Shown here: positions 24,701-36,700 of the stretch, piece by piece
How the letters are laid out: every line of letters begins with the position of its first letter
Numbering within the stretch: position 1 is the first letter of the stretch
Source of the DNA: Laetmonice hystrix
Lineage: Eukaryota
Direction: 5' to 3'
Length of the DNA stretch: 64,000 nt
Assembly: GCA_965235115.1 (NCBI GenBank)
Contig: OZ249440.1
Location: 3,224,001 to 3,288,000 of the forward strand
The notes under the pieces: model-generated
The model's input: only the letters and a program-made list of their open reading frames with translations
What the model was told of the DNA's origin: nothing
The model's database searches: none
Translations under genes and position numbers: made by a program

Positions 24701-27700
24701 TGTCCAGTCGGACGATGGCGACTTCCGGCGTTCGACCTTGAGGGTGTTGGGAAAGGGGCTGTAAAACCGGAACTCCACCCGTAATACCTGAAACGGAAAC
24801 ACCAAACCACGGTCATTAGCCTACTTTAAAGTGCAACTGACATCACATAGGTAACTTTACTGATCAAGATAGATCACTTTGAGATGTAGCCGTATCCCTG
24901 ATAGGTTTTCTGAGAAGTCCTCTCAAGTTAGAAAAATATTGAAAATTCGAATCTCGCGCCTCATCAGTCTCACTCCTGCCTATTCTTTACCATTGCCCCT
25001 GATGACGTCACTAGGGGAATTGGTCTTTAAAACGGCTTACACACAGTTCATATTCTTGTACAATAACCGCTCCTTTAAGTTAAACAACAACAAATTACAT
25101 GTATCATCAGGACCTGGCACTATATTTCATGTAAATTTTGATGTCTGTTGGATCAAGCATGCATTAATGTGCATGCTTTAACAACAATATTTCAGTCCGA
25201 TAATTAGTATATTTTTTCTACCAGCCGGTATAAATAATGACGTGTCTTGTACTTTCTGTTTGTATACAATACATCCCCTACTGAATGTTCAATGTGTCCA
25301 GAGTTGGACTCTCCGACCTCTAGACGCACCCTAAGGACCCGGAACACACTCTGATCACATGCTGGCAGGTGAAGGCCTTCTTATTGCTCAGTCTTCCTTG
25401 TTTATTGTTTAGGTAGAGTTCAAATAAAAAATCACCAGCGGCCACAAAGAATGAGTCAAGGTGCGGCAAGCAGAGCTCTGTGTGGTCGTGACGTCTTCCT
25501 TGATAAACTGATCACCTCACAAACCACCTGGAGACGTACACCTTTTCTTGCCACACCAGCCGGGTCTTTCATTACACATGTTTTAGGTCTTTGTAACGGT
25601 CTTATGGTGACGTTAATATACCAATCTTCGCTTCCTGTAATTACTAATCGGCAACAGACCGCAAAACGGCACTAATAGTTCTGCGCATTATCTTTTGTCC
25701 ATTTCCGGTTGGGCACTGATAAAAATTGATAACTATTTTCTGTTTCCATTTATATGGAAACTATTATACAAATATTTGACACTATAAATGCTCCTGTTAA
25801 ATAATGTCTTTAAAACCCCGGTCCTAGCTACAAAATATACTAGCTGACGGGAGGGTGACATCATACATAATATTTCATCCATTAACTTCTAAGAGACCCT
25901 TTTTTCTTGTTAAAATTAAGGGGGTTTACCGGCAAACCATAGAGAAATACTCAATCCCCCACTTACCTGTCCTATTCTCGAAGTGGCCGAAAATTGTCTA
26001 AGTCCGAAAAGGTACTGCATTAGTTGGAGGTAACAACTGATAACAGAACAGCCCTATCAAAACCAGCTAGGTCGTGTATCTGTCACATTTTGAATAGGAC
26101 ATGCTGAGCTATTGCGTCAGTATTCCAGACGGTCCCATGGCTGTTCCATCCATTGATCTCCGACCCATCCAGTATTATAGGGATTTCTGAACTTTGAAAT
26201 TTTATGCGCTAGGGAATAGGACAGGTAAGTGGGGGATAGGACAGGTAAGTGGGGAATAGGACAGGTAAGTGGGGAATAGGACAGGTAAGTGGGGGATACC
26301 TGTATGTTGATAAACAATGAATGTTCTCGACCCACCTCCAGTACATTGCCCAGTTGTACGGTGACAGTAACATCCTCCTGTTCTCCTGTAGGTTGACTGA
26401 TCCAGGCTGTGTCGTCCTTGCCATCGTTCGCGAACTCGATGGGATGTGAGAGTCGGTTCAATCGGAACTCGATGGTCGTTGGTCGGTTCAGGCCGTCGTT
26501 AGCCACACAGTAGGTGGGGTCCTCATCCCGGATCAGAGGACGTGTGGGCGGACACCGACATGAGGACTGGGTCCTGGTCTCAGGGATGACCCCCAAATAC
26601 ACCTCCTGTATCTCTCTGTGACATCAACACATTCAAAACTTAGGCCCTGATCCACTAAGGCCCTGATCTACTAAGGCCCTGATCCACTAAGGCCCTGATC
26701 CACTAAGGCCCTGACCCACTAAGGCCCTGACCCATCAAGGCCCTGATCCACTAAGGCCCTGATCCACTAAGGCCCTGATCCACTAAGGCCCTGATCCACT
26801 AAGGCCCTGACCCACTAAGGCCCTGACCCACTGAGGCCCTGACCCACTAAGGCCCTGATCCACTAAGTCCCTGACCCACTAAGACAATTTCCCTTGTGAC
26901 GGCCAGGCGATTTGAAAATTTTCCTGGCTGGCCTTCCCTGTTTGTGGAAATGGGTTCCATCCTTTAATCTCAAAATCACAGTAAAATAAATGGGTGATGT
27001 CAAAATCGCATGGGCGTCGCAAGAAAAATCGCCTGAGTGGATCAGGCCAGTTGCGTAAGTTTAACGGTTAACACTCCTGATTGGCTGGTCCTTTTCTTCT
27101 TTTTATTTTTATTTCATTATTTTTATTCAATCGGAACCCACGTACCCATGTACGTGGTGGTTACCCCACTTGCCTCCTGCTCTCGGCGCTAGTGGCCGAT
27201 TGCCGGGATCTAACTGGTACTTACTGGTTACTGGTACTGGTGAGAAAATGAAAGATTTTGCCTCTCATCATTCACTCTGATAAACTGATAGTAGGTATAC
27301 CTGTTTGACAAACATCATTCACTCTGATAAACTGATAGTAGGTATACCTGTTTGACAAACATCATTCACTCTGATAAACTGATAGTAGGTATACCTGTTT
27401 GACAAACATCATTTACTCTGATAAACTGAGTAGGTATACCTGTTTGACAAACATCATTCACTATGATAAACTGATAGTAGGTATACCTGTTTGACAAACA
27501 TCATTCACTCTGATAAACTGATAGTAGGTATACCTGTTTGACAAACATCATTCACTCTGATAAACTGAGTAGGTATACCTGTTTGACAAACATCATTCAC
27601 TCTGATAAACTGATAGTAGGTATACCTGTTTGACAAACATCATTCACTCTGATAAACTGATAGTAGGTATACCTGTTTGACAAACATCATTCACTCTGAT

Positions 27701-30700
27701 AAACTGATAGTAGGTATACCTGTTTGACAAACATCATTCACTCTGATAAACTGATAGTAGGTATACCTGTTTGACAAACATTATTCACTCTGATAAACTG
27801 ATAGTAGGTATACCTGTTTGACAAACATCATTCACTCTGATAAACTGATAGTAGGTATACCTGTTTGACAAACTTGCAATGTATATCCTGAAGTCCTGCA
27901 TGTCACCCACAAAATGGTCGTCAGCTGAAAACAAAGACCGACAATATAATATCATTATCGTATATACTGAACCCATAATATATGTATCGATGTGACATAT
28001 TACTCAACCCGACTTTACTGGTCTTGGTTATAGTACAAGGTAATCCTGGCCGATTTTCTTACTTCGAAAACTGATGAGTGACTGATAGATAACTAAGTAT
28101 AAAAAGTTACTTCACGACAGTACAGAATATGAGGCTATCAAGATATCAATGTTCATTGAACCACCCCCCCCCCCGCCAAAATAAAACATGGGAAAGTTAT
28201 CGTTACCATGGGGAAGTTATCGTTACCATGGGGAAGTTATCGTTACCATGGGGAAGTTATCGTTACCATGGGAAGTCATCGTTACCATGGAAAGTTATCG
28301 TTACCATGGGGAAGCTATCGTTACCATGAGGAAGCTATCGTTACCATGGGGAAGTTATCGTTACCATGGGGAAGTTATCATTACCATGGGGAATGTTACC
28401 ATAGGGAAGTTATCGTTACCATGGGGAAGTTATCGTTACCATGGGGAAGTTATCGTTACCATGGGGAAGTTATCGTTACCATGGGGAATGTTACCTTGGG
28501 AAAGTTATCGTTCCCATGGGGAAGTTATCGTTACCATGGGGAAGTTATCGTTACATTGGGGAATGTTACAATGGGGAAGTTATCGTTTCCATGGGGAAGT
28601 TATCGTTACCATGGGGAAGTTATCGTTACCATGGGGAAGTTATCGTTACCATGGGGAGTGTTACCTTGGGAAAGTTATCGTTCCCATGGGGAAGTTATCG
28701 TTACCATGGGGAAGTTATCGTTACCATGGGGAAGTTATCGTTACCATGGGGAAGTTATCGTTACCATGGGGAAGTTATCGTTACCATGGGGAAGTTATCG
28801 GTACCATGGGGAAGTTATCGGTACCATGGGGAAGTTATCGTTACCATGAGGAAGTTATCATTACCATGGGGAATGTTACCTTGGGGAAGTTATCGTTACC
28901 ATGGGGAAGTTATCGTTACCATGAGGAAGCTATCGTTACCATGGGGAAGTTATCGTTACCATGGGGAAGTTATCATTACCATGGGGAATGTTACCATAGG
29001 GAAGTTATCGTTACCATGGGAAAGTTATCGTTACCATGGGGAAGTTATCATTACCATGGGGAATGTTACCATAGGGAAGTTTTCGTTACCATGGGAAAGT
29101 TATCGTTACCATGGGGAGTGCTACCATGAGGAAGTTATCGTTACCATGGGAAAGTTATCGGTACCATGGGGAAGTTGTCGTTACCATGGGGAAGTTATCG
29201 TTACCATGAGGAAGTTGTCGTTACCATGGGGAAGTTATCGTTACCATGGGGAGTGCTACCATGGGGAAGTTATCGTTAAAGGTGGTTACTTACTAGAGAA
29301 GGACTGTCCGACTATGTACTTGCTTGCACTGCGCGGCGGACCCAGGTCGACATTATAGGCGGTGGGTGACACGTAACTACCGTTCAGAGACACTGACACC
29401 GTCTTGTCCAACACCTGCCGGATACAATCAACATTGCCGTTAGAGACGGTTAGAGACTACAGAGAAAATCACTCGAGTGAGGCAGACAAAGTTTTCTGAA
29501 GCCTATAGAAATCATAATCATGGATATTATCAATTTGTAAAAAGTTTTGGTGACAACTGAAAAGGCGTGGATTTTACAGTCGAGAAAAATACGTTGTGTA
29601 GGAAGTCTAATGGCGTAAAAAACTTGAAATTGAATCAATTCGGATAACACATAAAAATAACCCCTTTTTTATTTGTGAATTTAACGTTACCATGACAATA
29701 TGTGAGCCTAAGAGGGAGCTTGGTCTGGTTTGAAATCAAGTTAAATGAGCTTTGCCTGTATCCATGGCTTTGATTGGCTAATTGTTTTAACGTTCAGCCA
29801 ATCAGAGAAGGTTACTAAGATGACCTTACCCTGACCGCTAAGTGAGTCCACTGATTGGCCGGTAGAACCCAGAGACCACGTGATGTTTTCACGGTGTTAT
29901 GTGACATAATGAAAAGTTGAAGATTTGATAAAAGTCCCAGTCGTAAAACATCGGTACCCGCCTCGGTAACAATGACAAATAGGGTGCTGCAAGAACAAAG
30001 GGTCACAAATAATGTAATGCAATGGACCGGAACGGTCTTGCAAAAAGTGCTGTAAGATAGAGAAACGGACCACAATGGATGCTGCAATAGATCGGAACGG
30101 GTCATAAATAAAGTGCTGCAACAAAGTGGAACAAAGTGCTCTGGTGGCGCGAGAAACTGGAGTATCCAGTAAGAATCAGCAACATGAAGCAAGTGACAAA
30201 CTTTCTCTTGCAAGTCATAAATACAGAGAGGAAAGTTTCTGCATGTGACCCCCCCCCCCCCCCCCCGAAGTCAGACCCCTAGGTCTTCCGCTCCCTTGCA
30301 AAACGCTGCACGTAGAACATTTAAAAAAAGGATTTAAAACTGTTGTTGAAAAACTTCCACGCCTCCCGTAAAGAGCGAATCATCTTGCCCGAACCCACTA
30401 TGCGACACCAGTCGCAAGCCTTGCGACAACAGTCGCAAGCCTTGCGACACCAATCAAGACTCGCGACCAAGGCTTGTGATAATATCAAACATGTTTGATA
30501 TTTCCCCGTCTTGTCGCAAGCCTTGCGACAGGCTCGTCGCAAGCCTTGCGACGGCCTGTCGCAAGGCATGAATCGCATAGTATTGGGCTACCGACTATAC
30601 GAGTGAATATACTCGCCATCATGGCCATGCGCCGCCGACTACGGGTGTGCAAACAACCAAACAAAGCCAACTCACCACCAGAAAGGTTTACTTTTCTGTC

Positions 30701-33700
30701 TTGTTTATATTCGGTTACTCCAGGGTGGGAGCATGGCCGACAGTGGAAGTGTTCCTTGACACATTTAGACAGTTACCTGTCGCCGACTTGGACAGGGCAC
30801 GGTCTGCTTACATCTGTCGTAATCCGGGAGAGGATTGTTAATTCTTATATACCAGCTGGTGTATTATGGTTCCAGCCTGTCGTCTCAGTCCTCTCAGTCG
30901 TAATATAGGCCTGATAGAGTTGGGAACCCCAAGCTGGTCTTAGGCCTAGGTTCACGGCTGGGCCTTGGACTGGGGTCTTGGTACACGACTGGGCCTTGGA
31001 CTGGGGCCTAGGTTCACGACTGGGCCTTGGACTGGGGTCTGTGTTCACGCTGGGCCTTGGACTGGGGTCTGGGTACACGGCTGAGCCTTGGACTGGGGCC
31101 TAGGTTCACGGCTGGGCCTTGGACTGGGGCCTAGGTTCACGGCTGGGCCTTGGACTGGGGCCCTATAGGTTCACGGCTGGGCCTTGGACTGGGGTCTGGT
31201 TACACGACTGGGCCTTGGACTGGGGCCCTATAGGTTCACGGCTGGGCCTTGGACTGGGGTCTGGGTACACGGCTGGGCCTTGGACTGGGGTCTGGGTACA
31301 CGACTGGGCCTTGGACTGGGGTCTGGGTACACGACTGGGCCTTAGACTGGGGCCTGGGTTCACGGCTGGGCCTTAGACTGGGGCCTGGGTTCACGGCTGG
31401 GCCTTGGACTGGGGCCTGGGTTCACGGCTGGGCCTTGGACTGGGGTTTGGGTTCATGGCTGGGCCTTGGACTGGGGCCTGGGTTCATGGTTGGGCCTTGG
31501 ACTGGGGCCTGGTTACGCTCGACCACCAAAGCTCCTTTTTAGGGGAGTGGCGGTGGCCTAGTGGGCATGGATGTCGACACCTTATGCTATGCGAATGGGT
31601 GCAGTAATCTTAGGGCCTGGGTTCGATTCCTGTAGAGGACTATACAACTTTTCTCTTTAGGGACATTGTCAAAGTAATTGGGTTACCCCTGATGCCCGTG
31701 CATTTCAAAAGAAAAATACAGTCTACGCCAGTGCCAGGATTACCTTAACAGTCAATGTTCGGTAGAAATCATGTGTAGCTCTAACTAGGAAAATATGGAT
31801 TCCGTCTCATTTCAAAAAGATGTGTGTAGGGGGGAGGGTCCATTGTCCTGCTCGACCACCAAAGCTCCTTTTTTAGGGGAGTGGCGGTGGCCTAGTGGGC
31901 ATGATTGTCGACACCTTATGCTATGCGAATGGGTGCAGTAATCTTAGGGCCTGGGTTCGATTCCTGTAGAGGACTATACAACTTTTCTCTTTAGGGACAT
32001 TGTCAAAGTAATTGGGTTACCCCTGATGCCCGTGCATTTCAAAAGAAAAATACAGTTTCCCCACTGGGGCCTGGATTCACCGCTGTACTAGCTGCCTGAG
32101 GACTCGGCTCACCTGTCATATCACCATCCTCATAGCCACCACACTTTGTAAAATTCTCACGTGTGGGTTTTTTCTGCTCGGTGCCGAGTCTACCAACCAG
32201 CGTACTATACCGACACCTGCTGCGACCAAAATAAACGGACTTGGCAGTCAGTGCTCACGCTCGGTATATGACTGGGGTCTGGGTACACGGCTGGGCCTTG
32301 GACTGGGGTCTGGGTTCACGACTGGGCCTTGGACTGGGGTCTGGGTACACGACTGGGCCTTGGACTGGGGTCTGGGGTCTTAGTTACGGCGGGGCCTTGG
32401 ACTGGGGCCTGGGTTCACGGTTGGCCCTTGGACTGGGGCCTGGGTTCACGGCTGGGCCTTGGACTGGGGTCTGGGTTCACGACTGGGCCTTGGACTGGGG
32501 CCTGGGTTCACGACTGGGCCTTGAGCTGGGAGTCTTTCTGATTCGGAAGCAAATACCAGATAATATAACAGTTTTAATAATGTATGGTCAAAGTCTACAT
32601 GTATAAAAAAATATCCGTGTTATTTTTGTATTGACAAAAGGGGTAAATATGAAGGTCCTTATGCACAATCTAATAACCATATTGTAGACGAAAGTTTTTA
32701 TTTAGACGCTCGGTTTGAAGTGGCTGAGAGCTAAATCCCAAACCAACCACCAGGTGGAGCTCCGCAACAAGGTCTCGCTCCACTGCTTCAATCCTCTTAA
32801 AGTACAAGAAGTTACCTATTAAAGTACAACAAGTTAATCTCTTAAAATGCAACAAATTTACTCCTAACATGTCAATATTCTCTTAAAATATTATTTTCTG
32901 TTTTATAATATTAATCTCCAAGGATTGCGAGATCACGGTAAAGAATTGCGGTACACTCCAGTTGTCCCGAGTTTTTCCCTCTCTATAAGATGCCATAACC
33001 GATTGTCTGGCCCAGGCAATGTAAGGAAGTGTGATGCACAATGTCTGGCCCAGGCAATGTAAGGAAGTGTGATGCACAATGTCTGGCCCAGGCAATGTAA
33101 GGAAGTGTGATGCACAATGTCTGGCCCAGGCAATGTAAGGAAGTGTGATGCACAATGTCTGGCCCAGGCAGTGTAAGGAAGTGTGATGCACAATGTCTGG
33201 CCCAGGCAATGTAAGGAGGTGTGATGCACAATGTCTATATTTAACTACTAGAGCGAGAGAAGAAAAAACCGACAAAGAGGGCAATTTGAAGACGACCTTT
33301 TCAATACTGCCTCGGTTCTGCCATTTCCTGTGTTAACATACGTCATGATCCGAAGCGGACAAGCGTGCCCCAATTTCAGATAAAATTTCTGTGAAAAGGC
33401 GGGTGATTATGACTCATGCAACCGTCCGTCTTTCTTCCTATCTACCGCCACCCCTGTTCCCGACCTCCCCGACACTTTTGTTCCGTTTCCCTCCTCCATA
33501 TGGAGCGAGTTCATGAGTGAACTTGCTCAGTCATGAAAACTATTGTACCCTCAAGTCTTAGGGAGTTATAATCAGGATGAAGGAAGAAATAAACTTGCCA
33601 CCGGGAGTCAATCCCCTACTTTTTTCAAGAAAAACAAGACAAGGGTTATTTTATAGGTCTATACCCAGTCGCATAGACACGACAGAGCATACCAAAGCCT

Positions 33701-36700
33701 ATGGTGGTCTGTTTGTGGAGCACTGGGGAGGGTCGGTGAGAGAAATGGTACTGGAACGGGAGCAGTGGGGAGGGTCGGTGAGAGAAATGGTACTGGAAGG
33801 TACCACTGGGGAGGGTCGGTGAGAGAAATGGTACTGGAACGGGAGCAGTGGGGAGGGTCGGTGAGAGAAATGGTACTGGAAGGTACCACTGGGGAGGGTC
33901 GGTGAGAGAAATGGTACTGGAAGGTACCACTGGGGAGGGTCGGTGAGAGAAATGGTACTGGAAGGTACCACTGGGGAGGGTCGGTGAGAGAAATGGTACT
34001 GGAACGGGAGCAGTGGGGAGGGTCGGTGAGAGATATTTTACTGGAAGGTACCACTGGGGAGGGTCGGTGAGAGAACTGGTACTGGAACGGGAGCAGTGGG
34101 GAGGGTCGGTGAGAGAAATGGTACTGGAAGGTACCACTGGGGAGGGTCGGTGAGAGAACTGGTACTGGAAGGTACCACTGGGGAGGGTCGGTGAGAGAAA
34201 TGGTACTGGAGGGGAGCAGTGGGGAGGGTCATACCCCAGATTCCTAGGTGGGATCTCTCATCAATCAGTCTTACGACCTTCAGACAGACAAGGGTCTACC
34301 ATTGAGCAAACATACATGCCAACCTTTTATTGGTACATGGTGGAATCCCCACAAAATTTAGTGAAGAAACGTCAAAACCTCTCAGTATGTCTCCGTCTCA
34401 ACTTAAACCTGAACCTCAACCTCTCCAGCTTTATGGAGGGTAAGAGAGGCCTGGGACAAGCTTGATCAGATCTGACTCCTCCTATAGAAGACGGAGGGGT
34501 TCATCTGTCCCCCTGACCCCCCCCCCCCCCCCCTCCGTCTCAGGCCACTTGGTGTCCTCCGTGAGGTCGTGTGAACGCAGCGTTCGTCAGACGGGGGGTG
34601 AGTAAACACGGGGCCAGCAATGATCCGTCTGGGCGAGCTCCTCAGTCTGTGTCCCCGCCTTCTTAAGATTGTCGTCTGCTTAAACATCTCCACCAAACAC
34701 AATCCGGGCGTTCTCCTGACCTCTGTCCTATGACCTGTGCTGTCTGTCAAGGTCATATCAGGCTGTCTTTACAACTCCGCCGGTTAAATCGGTCAGTAAC
34801 TCCACGATCACCACCAGGGGGAGCGGATCGAAGGGATTCTATAGACTCAACCTTTACCTTGTAGACTCAATCCCTAATCTAGCATCAGCTCCTGCCTAAT
34901 TCTGTGATATCAAAACTTATAATACCAATGCCTGACGGTTTAAACTGGCGACTCTTGGTGCTGGGGCTCCTGCTAGGAGGAGTTCAGTGATCTACCAAGT
35001 TCAGAACTGACATGACGTCAACGGACAAACATCCTAGAAAACAGGCACATGTCCCGTCATCACGTGACTAGGTAACCGTTACGTCATGGCTTCAGGAATC
35101 GCATCACAAGACGTAGTTTACCATTTGGTCATAATCAGGCCCATGCCGCCGGGCTCCTTTGCTATTTTGTTTCTGTCTTTTTGTATAGTGAGACCTAAAA
35201 CGATGACACAATTGGCGCCTACGTATTTTCCTTTCTTGCTATCAAGGAAGGATAGAGATATAGTAAGGCTCGCGGCTATTAGCTCTTCAAAGTACGCTTC
35301 GCCATGCTTGGAATTGAGTGGTTCGACGCCACTTTTCTCCTTGTCCTGGCTACCAACTACGTGTTAATAAATACTAAAACTTCAATATCTCCTTCACAAA
35401 CACGTATTTTCTTTTAAAAATATATCAAAACTAAAAACTGTTCTCACACCGTTATTTTATGAAATTGAAAGGAACCGTGCCACCTTCAATGTCATGCGAG
35501 AAGTTTTGTCATGGATCTCTACTTCACGCGAGGACAGGGTTTCATAGACCGTACGGAAACTGTTTACTCAGTCTTCGTTTCTATTAGTGTTTGCAGCTCC
35601 AGAACTTTCACAGAAATACAATCTCTAATGTGAAGACATAACAAACAATGCAAATAGCCAACCTTAACTCAGTCTAAATATTGTGCCGAGCGTTTCACCT
35701 GAACGAAAATAGATTACATTTACAAAAAAAGAAAAAGAAAAAAAAGAGAAACGCGCGAGCGCGAAGTGGAAAATTTATTGAAAATGATTTACATAACATT
35801 ATGAAGTTCTCTTTGTCTGTTTTAGTGAATAATTCGAGCAGCATTCTACACCTGCTCGACTGAATTTATAAATTTGTTCCATTTGTAGGGCATCACTTCC
35901 GGTTATAACTCATAGTGGGTACTCGACATTAACGACACTAATTAAACCAAGTCTGGAGGCGTGAGTATATTATTGGGTATACCCCCAATTTGATGACCTT
36001 GGAACCAATGCAAATGCTCACTTAGCTCCCGATATATAGCAATCATTGTGGCTTTACGTCATGCATGTTTGGCAGTCAGCGTACTATGACTAAGCAGAAG
36101 TTGGTAGATTATAATTATAAACCTTTCTTCCTGATTTGAGTGTCGAATCTAAGGCGACCTAATTATTGGCATACAAGTGAGTAGGTCTAGCATAGCTTAA
36201 TACATGATTACAATTACGACCCTCGGAGTGTTGGCAGTATGGAAGGCCAGTCGTATACAATAACGATATCACCGACCTAATTATAGACATACAGGTCTAA
36301 GTGAGTAGGTCTACCACCCTCGGAGTGCAGGCAGTATGGTAGGCCAGTCGTATGTATAATAACGATATCACCGACCTAATTATAGACATACAGGTCTAAG
36401 TGAGTAGGTCTACCGCCCTCGGAGTACTGGCAGTATGGTAGGCCAGTCGTATGTATAATAACGATATCACCGACCTAATTATAGACATACAGGTCTAAGT
36501 GAGTAGGTCTACCACCCTCGGAGTGTTGGCAGTATGGTAGGCCAGTCGTATGTATAATAACGATATCACCGACCTAATTATAGACATACAGGTCTAAGTG
36601 AGTAGGTCTACCGCCCTCGGAGTACTGGCAGTATGGAAGGCCAGTCGTATGTATAATAACGATATCACCGACCTAATTATAGACATACAGGTCTAAGTGA

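Noticed and set aside
28129-29358. Long ORFs (up to 313 aa) such as [20 protein letters not shown] repeats
   Set aside because: By-products of a stop-poor 20-bp minisatellite, open in several frames and lying in an intron of the RTK.
31542-31640. Genuine tRNA gene
   Set aside because: A and B boxes are present, but I could not fold a cloverleaf, and the sequence continues into a conserved ~90-bp tail shared by dispersed copies, which fits a SINE.
32100-32220. Open minus-strand segment with good splice sites (cag|gtgtcgg ... gacag|gtgagc)
   Set aside because: It is phase 2 to 1, which would break the RTK frame, and it shows no usherin similarity; the 29830-29986 exon already fills the slot.
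5940-34830. Scattered CTCF-like motifs (e.g. CGCCCTCTGGTG ~5946, CCACCAGGGGGAGC ~34812) and G-quadruplex-like runs (e.g. 6115-6160)
   Set aside because: Short motifs expected by chance in sequence rich in G/C runs; no supporting data.
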